DNA of 32,000 nucleotides from Candidatus Chlorohelix allophototropha (GTDB lineage: Bacteria; Chloroflexota; Chloroflexia; Chloroheliales; Chloroheliaceae), in assembly GCF_030389965.1 (NCBI RefSeq), contig NZ_CP128399.1, forward strand, positions 1,508,934-1,540,933. The letters run 5' to 3'. How positions within the stretch are numbered: position 1 is the stretch's first letter; each line of letters starts with the position of its first letter. Both the position numbers and the translations under genes were made by a program. The notes under the pieces are model-generated. The model made no database searches, had not been told where the DNA came from, and worked only from the letters and a program-made list of their open reading frames with translations. Below are positions 1-9,325 of this stretch, one piece after another.

Positions 1-137
1 CGCCTTCGGGTTTGCCTTCTTGCGAAACCTGCCCTTCGCTCCTTTCACGCGACTTTCTCCGAGGTCTTGATACCTTGCCCTAACAGTTGTACACTAGAAT
101 TAAGGTGAAACAACCAATTGTAGAAGGGAGGCTCACT

Positions 138-1064
138 ATGACAGTGACCCGAATGGTTATCACCATTTCCCATGAAGAAGGTAGTGGTGGAAGGGCGATT
201 GCTCAAGAATTAGCAAAAACCTTAAAACTTTCTTATGTGGATAGTCATGCTATTAAAACCGCTGCTACCCATCTCCAAATCCCCGAAGAAGATTTAGCCG
301 AGTTCGATGAAAAAATCTTGCCTCGTATGAAAGAGTTACGTAAGCTTATCGTTAAAGGTGACGTACCACTCAGCAAGGTACTTGCGCCGGATCGTGATTC
401 TTTTGGACTGGTTCAAGAAGAAAAGCCTATTCTTGAAAACCTTTCAATGGTTGAAGAGGATAAGCGAATGAAAATCCTAAGTGGCTATCATGTGCTGGTT
501 GAGCGATTGATAAAAGAAGCCGCCACTGCCGGACATGTGGTCATTATGGGGCGGGGCGCAAACTTTATTCTTAAAGACTGGAAAGGTGTGACCAATATTC
601 ACCTTCATGCGCCTTTACAGGATAGAATCGAGCGTATCGCTTTCCTGCACCACATTGATAAAGATATTGCCGCTCAGGAGATTGCCCGTGAAGATGGAAT
701 GCGCTTCCAGTACATACGCCAGTATTTTAATGCCGATTGGCTCGACCCGGATAATTATCATCTCGTGATTAACACTGCCGGAATGTCGCTTTCGGCGGCG
801 GCTACTACTATCGCGCAATTTGTCAAAGAGTCGCAGCAAACTCAGGTAAACGATCCGTTGCAAATTCATCGCACCTACGACCGCTTAAAAGATCAGGAAA
901 GCTATAGCTTGAAAGAAGCTGCTGAGGTGTTGTTAACCGACCCCGACCTGTTGCAGCAAGCGGTATATCGTGGCGAACTCAAGGCTACAGTTATGAACCA
1001 TAACGTAACTCGCATCAGTCGCGAGGCGTTGGCAGACTGGTCACGGCGTTATCGCGCAAGCTGA
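138..1064 (+). CDS. Cytidylate-kinase-like family protein with C-terminal helix-turn-helix-like segment
   Basis: ORF 87..1064. ATG at 138 preceded by GAAGGGAGG is the likely start. N-terminus VITISHEEGSGGRAIAQELAKTL is a P-loop-like cytidylate kinase 2 signature. C-terminal YSLKEAAEVLLTDPDLLQQAVYRGEL resembles an excisionase/MerR-type HTH. Confidence 0.75.
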   Translation: MTVTRMVITISHEEGSGGRAIAQELAKTLKLSYVDSHAIKTAATHLQIPEEDLAEFDEKILPRMKELRKLIVKGDVPLSKVLAPDRDSFGLVQEEKPILENLSMVEEDKRMKILSGYHVLVERLIKEAATAGHVVIMGRGANFILKDWKGVTNIHLHAPLQDRIERIAFLHHIDKDIAAQEIAREDGMRFQYIRQYFNADWLDPDNYHLVINTAGMSLSAAATTIAQFVKESQQTQVNDPLQIHRTYDRLKDQESYSLKEAAEVLLTDPDLLQQAVYRGELKATVMNHNVTRISREALADWSRRYRAS

Positions 1065-1099
1065 CGTTTGCTTTGTACCCTTAAAACTTGCTTGATTTT

Positions 1100-1145
1100 G
1101 AACCTGACTAGGTGAAGAGTGCCGCTCTGGGTCAGGTTCTTTTAT
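1100..1145 (+). terminator. Probable Rho-independent terminator
   Basis: GAACCTGAC (1100-1108) pairs with GTCAGGTTC (1131-1139), inner AGAG/CTCT stem, followed by TTTTATT. Lies just downstream of the 138..1064 CDS. Confidence 0.8.
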
Positions 1146-1153
1146 TGCTACAC

Positions 1154-1441
1154 TCAGACTCCATTCAATATGATCAAGTTTGTAATTGCGGATCGGTGGC
1201 GAATTGCCATTTGTTCGGCGTATTCGGGCGAGTCATACCAGAGTTTGGCTTGCTCGTAACTTTCAAATTCCAGCACTACAACACGTTTTGGTTGCCAATT
1301 GCCCTCCAATGTTTCGGAATTACCCCCGCGCACAATATATTTGCCGCCGTATTTTTCAATGGTGGCGGGCACTACCCGACGATATTCCTCATAAAGCTCA
1401 GGGTCTGTAATTTCAAGGTCAACAATCACATATGCAGCCAT
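1154..1441 (-). CDS. DUF1330 family protein
   Basis: 95 aa, MAAYVIVDLEITDPELYEEYRRVVPATIEKYGGKYIVRGG...VVLEFESYEQAKLWYDSPEY, characteristic of DUF1330. Confidence 0.85.
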   Translation of the reverse strand: MAAYVIVDLEITDPELYEEYRRVVPATIEKYGGKYIVRGGNSETLEGNWQPKRVVVLEFESYEQAKLWYDSPEYAEQMAIRHRSAITNLIILNGV

Positions 1442-1669
1442 CTATTTAAAACCTCCCACACTACTATAAATGTTGCTTTATTCCACATGACAAGACAGGC
1501 TGAATTAATAAAAAAGGACATGTTAGCATTTTAGCACCATCCTGAAATAGCGGTGGGCAAAAATGCAATTTGAAGGATAGGCGAAAAGACGGTTGTACTC
1601 TACCTGCCTCATTAGCATAATGAAGCAAAATAAAACAACACCCATATTTAAAATGAGGAGGTCTCTCGC

Positions 1670-2881
1670 GTGACCGATACAACAATCAAACAGGCTTCTT
1701 TCGCCTCATCCTTGCTGGCAAACCGCGCTGCGCAACTTAAAGCCGGTGCGGCACCTGCGGCAGCTCGTGATATGATTGCTTTTACCTATGGCTTGCCAGC
1801 CGAGGAAAGCTTTCCGGCTAAGGAAATTGCCGAAGCAACTGCTTGGGTAATGCAGCATCAGGCGGCTTCTGCGCTTCAATACAACAGCCCTGAACCCCTC
1901 AGCGAATTTCTGATTGACTACATTCGCAAAGAACAGGGGATAGAATTAGCCACCCAAAATTTGCTGGTAACTGCCGGTTCCGGTCAGGCGCTCAGTTTGG
2001 TGTGCCGTTTGTTGATAGACAAGGGTGATTATATCGTGGTAGAAGCGCCCACCTTCCTCGGAGCGGTCACCACCTTCCGCAAAGCTGAAGCGGAAATCGT
2101 AGAGGTGCCGCTGGACGAGAATGGCATGGATATTGACGCGCTGGATAAAACCCTTACGGACTTACGCACACAGGGCAAGTCCGTCAAATTTATTTACACC
2201 ATCCCAACCTTCCAAAATCCTACCGGGGTTACCATGAGCCTCGAACGGCGCAAACACTTGCTGGAAGTGGCGGAACGACATCAAGTGCTGGTATTAGAGG
2301 ATGATGCTTATCACGGTTTGCTATTCGAAGGTGAAGTGCCACCTTGGCTGTGGACGTTGGATGATAAAGGTATCGTGCTGCATTGCGGAACTTTCTCCAA
2401 AACCCTTGCGGCGGGAATGCGTTTGGGTTGGCTTGGCGGTTCTGCTGATTTGGTATCTCGCACCGCTGGTTTGAAGGATGAAGGCGGTACAAACCCCTTT
2501 GCCGGATATATCGCCGCTAAATTTGCTGAGAACGGGCGGCTGGAACGCCACACCAACGAACTTTCCAATCTCTATCGCCGCAAACGCGATCGCATGCTGT
2601 CAGGGTTGGAACGTTATATGCCCGATGGCGCACGCTGGAATATACCGCATGGCGGTTTCTTCATCTGGGTAGAATTGCCAGAAGGATTAGATACTGTTAA
2701 AATGTTGAGTAAAGCTGTAAAATCAGGCGTAAATTATTTACCTGGAACTGCTTGCTTTGCCAGTGGCAAGGGCAATAACACGCTCCGCTTGGCTTTTAGC
2801 TTTGTGAAACTCGACCAGATTGAGCAAGGGATGCGCATTCTAGGCGAAATCATCAGGGAAGAGATGGAATCGGACGCTTAG
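1670..2881 (+). CDS. PLP-dependent aminotransferase, 2-aminoadipate/MocR-like class I/II
   Basis: VTAGSGQALSLVCRLLIDKGDYIVVEAPTF, LEDDAYHGLL, HCGTFSKTLAAGMRLGWLG (PLP lysine region). Good SD (AGGAGG) upstream. Confidence 0.85.
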   Translation: MTDTTIKQASFASSLLANRAAQLKAGAAPAAARDMIAFTYGLPAEESFPAKEIAEATAWVMQHQAASALQYNSPEPLSEFLIDYIRKEQGIELATQNLLVTAGSGQALSLVCRLLIDKGDYIVVEAPTFLGAVTTFRKAEAEIVEVPLDENGMDIDALDKTLTDLRTQGKSVKFIYTIPTFQNPTGVTMSLERRKHLLEVAERHQVLVLEDDAYHGLLFEGEVPPWLWTLDDKGIVLHCGTFSKTLAAGMRLGWLGGSADLVSRTAGLKDEGGTNPFAGYIAAKFAENGRLERHTNELSNLYRRKRDRMLSGLERYMPDGARWNIPHGGFFIWVELPEGLDTVKMLSKAVKSGVNYLPGTACFASGKGNNTLRLAFSFVKLDQIEQGMRILGEIIREEMESDA

Positions 2882-2911
2882 TCGTCACTTTTCAAATTAG
2901 GAAACAAAAAG

Positions 2912-2956
2912 GACGCTCCCCGTTCGGGCAATTATAACCGGGCGGGGCGCTTATAA
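2912..2956. terminator. GC-rich imperfect hairpin, possible terminator or attenuator
   Basis: GACGCTCCCCGTTCGGG ... CCGGGCGGGGCGC. The U-rich tail (TTTTTG) is on the minus strand, although both flanking genes are on plus. Confidence 0.4.
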
Positions 2957-3028
2957 AAACAAATCTCGGCGCAAATTTCATTAAATAACATTACATTATA
3001 TTCGGTTACAGTAAAGGGAGTAAGTAGT

Positions 3029-3580
3029 ATGTCTGCAAATGTGGGCGTTTTCGTGGACGTATCTAATCTGTTTTATAGCGCCAAAAGCGCCGGCGTGGAA
3101 GTAAACTATTGCCGCTTGCTGGAATTTGCCAGCAGAGGGCGCACTCTTATCCGCTCAATCGCTTACACCGGAATTGACCCTGAAAATAACAGCCAACGCA
3201 AGTTCATAGATTTTCTCGCTTCCAACGGATACAAGGTAGTCTGCAAGGACATCCACAAATACGATACTGGGCGTATCAAAGCTAATCTCGATATTGAGAT
3301 AGCGGTGGATATGATGCTCATGGCACAAAATCTTGATATTGTGGTGCTGGTCAGCGGGGATGGCGATTTTGCGCGTTTGGTCAAAGCCATACAGGATAAA
3401 GGAGTGCGCTTCGAGGTAATCAGCTTTGGCATTAGCACCTCAAATGAACTTATTACCCTAGTGGATCGCTTTACCGAGATTTCCAGTATTCCGGATATTT
3501 TCAGGAACGGTGGTTGCGGCGGGAGTGTAATGGCTGCTCATCCCGGCGCTGCGCTTGGCACAAACGATTACCGCAACTAG
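3029..3580 (+). CDS. NYN domain (LabA/PIN-like) protein, putative RNase
   Basis: VGVFVDVSNLFYSAK...ANLDIEIAVDMMLMAQNLDIVVLVSGDGDFARLVKAIQDKGVRFEVISFG, the typical NYN/LabA motif set. Confidence 0.85.
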   Translation: MSANVGVFVDVSNLFYSAKSAGVEVNYCRLLEFASRGRTLIRSIAYTGIDPENNSQRKFIDFLASNGYKVVCKDIHKYDTGRIKANLDIEIAVDMMLMAQNLDIVVLVSGDGDFARLVKAIQDKGVRFEVISFGISTSNELITLVDRFTEISSIPDIFRNGGCGGSVMAAHPGAALGTNDYRN

Positions 3581-4687
3581 ATGCTGAAAGAAGCCTCATT
3601 ACAAAACCTTTATCTGGTAGGTCCGACACAGCGCCGCCGTTGGGATGAATTTGTGGCGGCTCATCCTACTGGACATTTATTGCAATGCTACAGTTGGGGC
3701 GAGTTCAAAAAACTGCACCAGTGGCAACCCCTACGTGTAGCTATTACCGAAGAGGGTAGCGAGCGTATTCTTGCAGGCGCACAAATTTTGTTCCGCCAGA
3801 TGGCTGGACTCTCGGTGGCTTACATTCCCAGAGGTCCGGTGGTAGATTGGTCGGACAAGCGGTTGGTGAACGCGCTGCTCGAATTGCTGCGAAAGGCTGC
3901 TCGTCGCCGTCGTGCCATTTACCTAAAAATCGAGCCAAATCTTTTTGATAACGCTACGTTGGATAAATATCTTACCACCGAATTAAGCTTTCGTCCTTCT
4001 TCTGAACCGGTGCAACCTGCTGCTACTATTCGTCTCGACCTCTCGCAAACACCTGCTCAATTGCTAGAGCGCATGAAGCCCAAGACTCGCTATAATATTC
4101 GTTTGGCAGAGCGTCGGGGCGTAACCTGTCGCCTCGCTGACCCCACTAACCCTGCTGATTTCGAGGCTTTCTATCGGCTGATGGAAGCTACCGGGCAACG
4201 CGATAGCTTTGGCATCCACTCCTCTAGCTACTACCTTGATGCTTGGCGCATTTTTCAAGAAGCCTCACCGGAGGGTGGGAAGGGTGCGTTGTGGCTGGCA
4301 GAGTTCGGGGGCGAAATCGTTGCCGGAGTTATGGTATTCGTTTTCGGGGCGGAATCGGCTTATTTCTACGGGGCAAGCAGTAACGAGCATCGCCGCGAAA
4401 TGCCCACCTACCTGCTGCAATGGCGTGCCATCCAATGGGCGCAGCAACAGGGCGCACTCTGGTACGATTTCTGGGGTATCCCCGAAAACATCGGTGAAGA
4501 CAGCGATGAGCGCGAAGAGCTTGAGCAAAAGAATGTGCGCGATGGGTTGTGGGGTGTGTATCGCTTCAAGCTCGGCTTCGGTGGCGATGTAGTGCGCTAT
4601 CCCGGCGCATATGACCTAGTTTACAATCGCCCCATGTATCTCATCTGGCAACGCATGCGCCGTTATCGCGGTGGCATCGGGGGGTAA
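3581..4687 (+). CDS. FemAB/FemX-like peptidyltransferase (lipid II aminoacyltransferase family)
   Basis: QCYSWGEFKKLHQWQPLRVAI, YIPRGPVVDW, KTRYNIRLAERRGV, FVFGAESAYFYGASSNEHR, YRFKLGFGGDVVRYPGAYDLVYN are all FemAB family hallmarks. Starts immediately after the stop of the NYN gene. Confidence 0.85.
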   Translation: MLKEASLQNLYLVGPTQRRRWDEFVAAHPTGHLLQCYSWGEFKKLHQWQPLRVAITEEGSERILAGAQILFRQMAGLSVAYIPRGPVVDWSDKRLVNALLELLRKAARRRRAIYLKIEPNLFDNATLDKYLTTELSFRPSSEPVQPAATIRLDLSQTPAQLLERMKPKTRYNIRLAERRGVTCRLADPTNPADFEAFYRLMEATGQRDSFGIHSSSYYLDAWRIFQEASPEGGKGALWLAEFGGEIVAGVMVFVFGAESAYFYGASSNEHRREMPTYLLQWRAIQWAQQQGALWYDFWGIPENIGEDSDEREELEQKNVRDGLWGVYRFKLGFGGDVVRYPGAYDLVYNRPMYLIWQRMRRYRGGIGG

Positions 4688-4710
4688 ACTTCAACTCCAG
4701 TTCAAAAGCT

Positions 4711-5217
4711 ATGGAAGAACCGATTGTAATTGAAGAATACGACCCCACTTGGTCAGCCAAATTTGAAGCCGAGAAGCATGCGTTGAAACAAGCTCTGACA
4801 GGTCGTTTTGTTGCTATCGAGCATATCGGTAGCACGGCAGTGCCGGGACTGCCCTCCAAGCCTATTATTGACATTATGGTGGCAGTGACTCAACTCGAAG
4901 CGGGAGAGCTTTACGCCCGGTTGCTAGAACCCCTCGGCTATTTGTACAAGCCCGATTCTTCTAATGAGCAATCCGATCGCTTATTTCTCCGCAAAGGCAC
5001 GCCCCGGAGTCACCACCTGCATATAGTCATAAAGGGTAGCGCAGAGCAAAAACGCCATCTAGCCTTTCGCGATTATCTGCTTGCTCACCCGGAGACGGTG
5101 ACAGAATATGCTGCGCTCAAGCTCGAACTGGCGCAAAAATATCGCCTTGACCGCGAAGCCTACACCAACGCCAAAACTGCTTTTATTACCGACATCGAGC
5201 GCAAAGCTGGAGAGTAG
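4711..5217 (+). CDS. GrpB family protein (UPF0157)
   Basis: IVIEEYDPTWSAKFEAEKHAL...FVAIEHIGSTAVPGLPSKPIIDIMV is the GrpB family signature. Confidence 0.9.
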   Translation: MEEPIVIEEYDPTWSAKFEAEKHALKQALTGRFVAIEHIGSTAVPGLPSKPIIDIMVAVTQLEAGELYARLLEPLGYLYKPDSSNEQSDRLFLRKGTPRSHHLHIVIKGSAEQKRHLAFRDYLLAHPETVTEYAALKLELAQKYRLDREAYTNAKTAFITDIERKAGE

Positions 5218-5319
5218 TATCGACTCACTACCTTTTAAAACTAGAACCTATGTTATAATATGTTTGGATTTCACCCTCACTTCAAAAGAAATGTACTCAA
5301 AATAAGGCGTATAGTATAA

Positions 5320-6240
5320 ATGACCAGTGACGCAGATTGGCAAAATAAAATCTATCAAGGAGACTCTTTAACTCTGCTTCCTACTCTTCCCGATAATAGC
5401 ATTGATTTGATTGTCACTTCTCCTCCTTATGCTGACCAGCGTAGCAATACCTATGGTGGCATACATCCTGACAAATATGTGGAATGGTTTCTGCCGATTG
5501 CTGCACAATTAAAGCGTGTCCTGAAGCCTGAAGGCTCATTTATTTTGAATATCAAAGAGCGGGTAGTTGATGGCGAACGCCATACCTATGTTCTGGAATT
5601 GATAATCGCGCTACGCAAGCAAGGTTGGTTCTGGACTGAGGAATATATGTGGCACAAAAAGAACAGCTATCCAGGCAAATGGCCAAATCGCTTTCGGGAT
5701 GGGTGGGAACGCTGTTTGCATTTCACAAAATCGAAGCACTTTAAAATGTATCAGGATGCTGTTCGAGTACCGATGGGAGATTGGGCGCAAAGTCGCTTAA
5801 AAAAGCTCAGTGAAACCGACAAGATACGCGATGAATCTCGCGTGAACAGTGGTTTTGGCAAGAATATTTCCAAATGGATTGACCGTGATATGGCTTATCC
5901 TGACAATGTTTTACACTTAGCTACTGAATGCGGAAACAAGAGCCACAGCGCGGTCTTTCCGCTAGAATTACCAAGTTGGTTTATTAAGCTATTTACACAG
6001 CCGGGAGATGTGGTGTTAGACCCATTTCTTGGCTCTGGTACATCTGCGGTTGCTGCCATACAACTTGGTCGCTCTTATGTAGGTCTAGAAGTAAAAAGCG
6101 AATATGTTGAAATTGCTAACCAACGGGTGAAAAGTACCAAGTTGCCTGTATCTGCTATCCAACCGACTTTGTTCCTATTAGACGATGACAATTTGACCAG
6201 TGAGTCGGATGGTGAAAAAGAACAAAAGCTGTTCGGATAA
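5320..6240 (+). CDS. Site-specific DNA methyltransferase (amino-MTase, N4-C or N6-A), type II
   Basis: DLIVTSPPYADQR (motif IV), FILNIKERVV, HSAVFPLELPSWFIKLFTQPGDVVLDPFLGSGTSAVAAIQLGRSYVGLE (motifs X/I). Paired with the REase gene 8 nt downstream. Confidence 0.9.
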   Translation: MTSDADWQNKIYQGDSLTLLPTLPDNSIDLIVTSPPYADQRSNTYGGIHPDKYVEWFLPIAAQLKRVLKPEGSFILNIKERVVDGERHTYVLELIIALRKQGWFWTEEYMWHKKNSYPGKWPNRFRDGWERCLHFTKSKHFKMYQDAVRVPMGDWAQSRLKKLSETDKIRDESRVNSGFGKNISKWIDRDMAYPDNVLHLATECGNKSHSAVFPLELPSWFIKLFTQPGDVVLDPFLGSGTSAVAAIQLGRSYVGLEVKSEYVEIANQRVKSTKLPVSAIQPTLFLLDDDNLTSESDGEKEQKLFG

Positions 6241-6248
6241 ATAATACT

Positions 6249-7052
6249 ATGGTAGGCTCAATCACTTATGATGAAATCGCTGCATTTGTTGAAAACAACA
6301 TCAGCATTTTCCACGACAAACAATTAGAAGACCTGAAAAGATTATCATTGGTGGCGGTTCTCGGTAGGAAGAACCCTTATTTGTTTAGGGCTAAAAACTT
6401 GAATGTTGCAGGTGATTTAGTCAAATATGTATTGGATGCTTTTCTTATCTCTCAAGAAGAAACCAACTTTGGGGAATTTCTGGAACGGCTCGCAATTTTC
6501 ATAAATAGCAAAGTTTATGGTGGTTGGAAATCTACCAACACGGGTATGGATTTAGAATTCGTTAGGGACGGTGTATATTACATAGTCTCTATCAAATCCG
6601 GTCCGAATTGGGGTAATAGCGACCAACAAAATCGAATGTATCTCAATTTTGAACATCTTATCAAAGCTCTAACCGAGAAAACACCGGGCTTGCTTGTTAT
6701 ACCGGTCAATGGTTGTTGCTATGGTAAAGACCAAAAACCAAAGAAATATGCCAAAATCAAGATTAACAAGGAAGTTGTTAGTGCAGTGGTATTTTATAAA
6801 CTCTGTGGGCAACGTTTCTGGGAATTTATTTCAGGCAATCCGGCTCTGTATATTGATATTGTTGAGCCGCTTGGACACCAAGCTAAAGAAAAAAATGAAT
6901 TATTCTTGGAAGAGTATGCCAAGATTATCAACCTTTTCACCCTACAATTTGGCAAAGAATTTTGTGACCCTACAACTGGCGCAATTCGTTGGGAGGAAAT
7001 AGTAAAGCTTTCATCAGCGGCAAGCGGGAGTGGAAGTCAGGATTTATCGTGA
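6249..7052 (+). CDS. PmeII/EcoO109I-like type II restriction endonuclease
   Basis: LGRKNPYLFRAKNLNVAGDLVKYVLDAFLISQEETNFGEFLERLAIF...GMDLEFVRDGVYYIVSIKSGPNWGNSDQQNRM...CGQRFWEFISGNPALYIDIVEPLGHQAKEKNELF. This pattern matches the PmeII-family REases and has a PD-(D/E)xK-like core (DLEF...IKSG). Confidence 0.82.
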   Translation: MVGSITYDEIAAFVENNISIFHDKQLEDLKRLSLVAVLGRKNPYLFRAKNLNVAGDLVKYVLDAFLISQEETNFGEFLERLAIFINSKVYGGWKSTNTGMDLEFVRDGVYYIVSIKSGPNWGNSDQQNRMYLNFEHLIKALTEKTPGLLVIPVNGCCYGKDQKPKKYAKIKINKEVVSAVVFYKLCGQRFWEFISGNPALYIDIVEPLGHQAKEKNELFLEEYAKIINLFTLQFGKEFCDPTTGAIRWEEIVKLSSAASGSGSQDLS

Positions 7053-7098
7053 ATACCTCGGCATAAAACCACTAGCAGATAGGGGAAGCAAACTATAA

Positions 7099-7950
7099 AT
7101 GAAACTAATCGTAATCGGGGGTGGTTGTTACGGCATCTACCATAGTGAGCAGCTTTACAAGGCTATTCTCAAAGGCAAACTACCCGCCGATACTCGGCTT
7201 ATTATCGTAGATCGCAATGCCCGCCCGCCCGCGTTGGAAAAGTTTGGAAACGCGCCCCAATTTGAGTTTGTGCAAAGCGATTGGCAAGAATATTTGCAAA
7301 AATTCTTCGCCGACTCCCAAAATTACAGTCCCGAAATCCACGCCGACTCGGTTCAAATAGTGCCTGCCCCCTTTGCGCCACATCTGCTGTTCGACTGGCT
7401 GCAATTCGCCACTACCCAACGTTTGCTGGAACTTGGTCACCCCGGAATTGTCATAGAGCGCAATGGCTTTGAAGAGCGCACTATGCTGCCCTACGAATAT
7501 TTCGACCCCAAAAGTGGCAATCGTTATATTAGTCGCGCCGGGTGGAAATGCCCGACTGCCTGTATCGAGCCGCACAAATGCCCTGCCATCAAAGATGTAC
7601 GTGATTGGGATTTGGAAGAAGATGTGAAGCGGGCGGCGAGCGGAAAATTGCCTGTGCCTTCATCTACTGCTGCCCAACGTCTGAACGCAGAAAACAAACC
7701 TAATTGTCAGCCCTTACCTAATACCGCTTCTAATCCGCTCACTTTTGATGCGGCAATAACCTTCACTTGCCGCCACTTTTCGCATGGTATCGGCACAACC
7801 CCGGCTCATCAGTTGTTTGAGGCACGTAAGCGAGCGGTAGCCTTGGCTCTTTCCCTTACCGCTGAACATCCGGTTGCTCACCTTGCCATTGCCACTGTCT
7901 CGCACTGTCATGGGGTGCTAGCTACTCTGAAAATCAGTTTCCACGCCTGA
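7099..7950 (+). CDS. Uncharacterised protein with Rossmann-like N-terminus and CPxxCxExxxCP motif
   Basis: 283 aa, MKLIVIGGGCYGIYHSEQLYKAILKG...RLIIVDRN. Central GWKCPTACIEPHKCPAIKDVRDW and C-terminal HPVAHLAIATVSHCHGVLATLKISFH. Confidence 0.7.
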   Translation: MKLIVIGGGCYGIYHSEQLYKAILKGKLPADTRLIIVDRNARPPALEKFGNAPQFEFVQSDWQEYLQKFFADSQNYSPEIHADSVQIVPAPFAPHLLFDWLQFATTQRLLELGHPGIVIERNGFEERTMLPYEYFDPKSGNRYISRAGWKCPTACIEPHKCPAIKDVRDWDLEEDVKRAASGKLPVPSSTAAQRLNAENKPNCQPLPNTASNPLTFDAAITFTCRHFSHGIGTTPAHQLFEARKRAVALALSLTAEHPVAHLAIATVSHCHGVLATLKISFHA

Positions 7951-8021
7951 TCGAGAACCCTTTTCACATAAGTGCATATTCTCGGTGGTTTATTACGATT
8001 CGAATCACACTCCTAATAGTT

Positions 8022-8153
8022 AATTAATTATCAAAAAAACTCCCGCTACTTTTAACTCTCTACGGAGTTATGATATATATACAAGAAAATTTACAGCCCG
8101 TATTCGATTCCGGATTCTTATTTATACTCGAGTTAGAACCTGATAGTTAGCAA
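8022..8153 (+). repeat. Diverged direct repeat, copy A (upstream of the transposase remnant)
   Basis: Aligns without gaps to 9326-9457. Starts with a shared 12-mer CCCGCTACTTTT (8042-8053), then about 61/100 identical positions, with most differences in the better-conserved part being transitions. Confidence 0.75.
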
Positions 8154-8229
8154 GAATACTTTTGTTGATTGCTAGTTTACAAGTAGAAAAACAGGTTACT
8201 TCTATTTACTTCACAATAGGAGCCATTGT

Positions 8230-9228
8230 ATGTCCTTTCTAGCCCAGCCAATTAGCACAATCCCGGAATTGACTGATCAGGTTACTAAACAGGCTTTTCC
8301 TGAAGGCAATCTTTACATGCGTATTCGCAATGAACTGGGCTGTATTTACTCCGAACGGGACTTTGCTACTTTATTTCCTCCTCGTGCGCGACTCTCTTTT
8401 GCGGCTTGGCGACTGGTTTTGATTACTATCATGCAATATATTGAAAATCTTACCGATCGCCAAGCTGCTGAGATGGTGCGTGGACGAATTGACTGGAAAT
8501 ACGTTTTAGGGCTGGAACTTACCGACAGTGGCTTCGATTCCCATGTTCTGTCAGAATTTCGTACTCGCTTACTCGAAGGTAGCCCTGAAAAACGTTTATT
8601 TGAACTGGTACTGGAACGCCTCAAGCAATGCAGGTTGTTAATGAGCGGGGCTAAACAGCATACCGACTCTTCCTATGTACTGGCAACGTTACGCTCCCTC
8701 AATCGAACCGAAAAGGTCGCCGAAATGTTGCGTGCCACTATTCATGCTCTTGCTATAGTAGCTCCCACTTGGTTGCGTCAGCACCTGACTCCCGAATGGT
8801 TCGAGCGTTACTTCCCTCAGATTGAAGAATACCGTGTTCCCAAAACCGAAGAAGCTCGCAATACCTACATCGAAACGGTAGGAACCGATGGTATCAAGTT
8901 ACTTCAAGCGATCTATGCTGAAACTACCCCACCGGGAGAAACGTTAAGAGCAGTTGAAGAGGTCGAGACTTTAAAACAGCTTTGGGTGCAACATTTTTAC
9001 TTTGAAGCGGGTCAGCTATGCTGGCGCGAGGTCAAAGATATTCCGACTGTGCCCTTGCGTCACAACTTACCTTGTGCTGGCGAAGCGTGCTACGTTGAGA
9101 AACGGGGCATCAAAAAACAAGGCTATGAGGAGCATATGTCCGAAGGCTATACACAGCAGCAGGTACGCTTACTTACTCATGAATTAATTAAAAACTCCAC
9201 AAAAGTTTGTTCGCTTCAATTTAAGTGA
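8230..9228 (+). pseudogene. Truncated IS1182-like (IS5/IS1182, DUF772 N-terminal domain) transposase
   Basis: LTIMQYIENLTDRQAAEMVRGRIDWKYVLGLELTDSGFDSHVLSEFRTRLLEG is the N-terminal IS1182 transposase domain. The ORF ends at LTHELIKNSTKVCSLQFK with no catalytic C-terminal half, and no continuation appears in the ORF track. Confidence 0.8.
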
Positions 9229-9325
9229 TTCTAAGATGCTTTCCGCAACGTTTGGGATTCTAGTTATCCTCAAAACCGCGCTTCCCAAGACCTCATAATA
9301 TTCAATCACAATTAATAAAAAATTC

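Noticed and set aside
1112-1534. 140-aa plus-strand ORF antisense to the DUF1330 gene
   Set aside because: The minus-strand DUF1330 protein is clearly recognisable. This frame overlaps the upstream terminator and has no domain.
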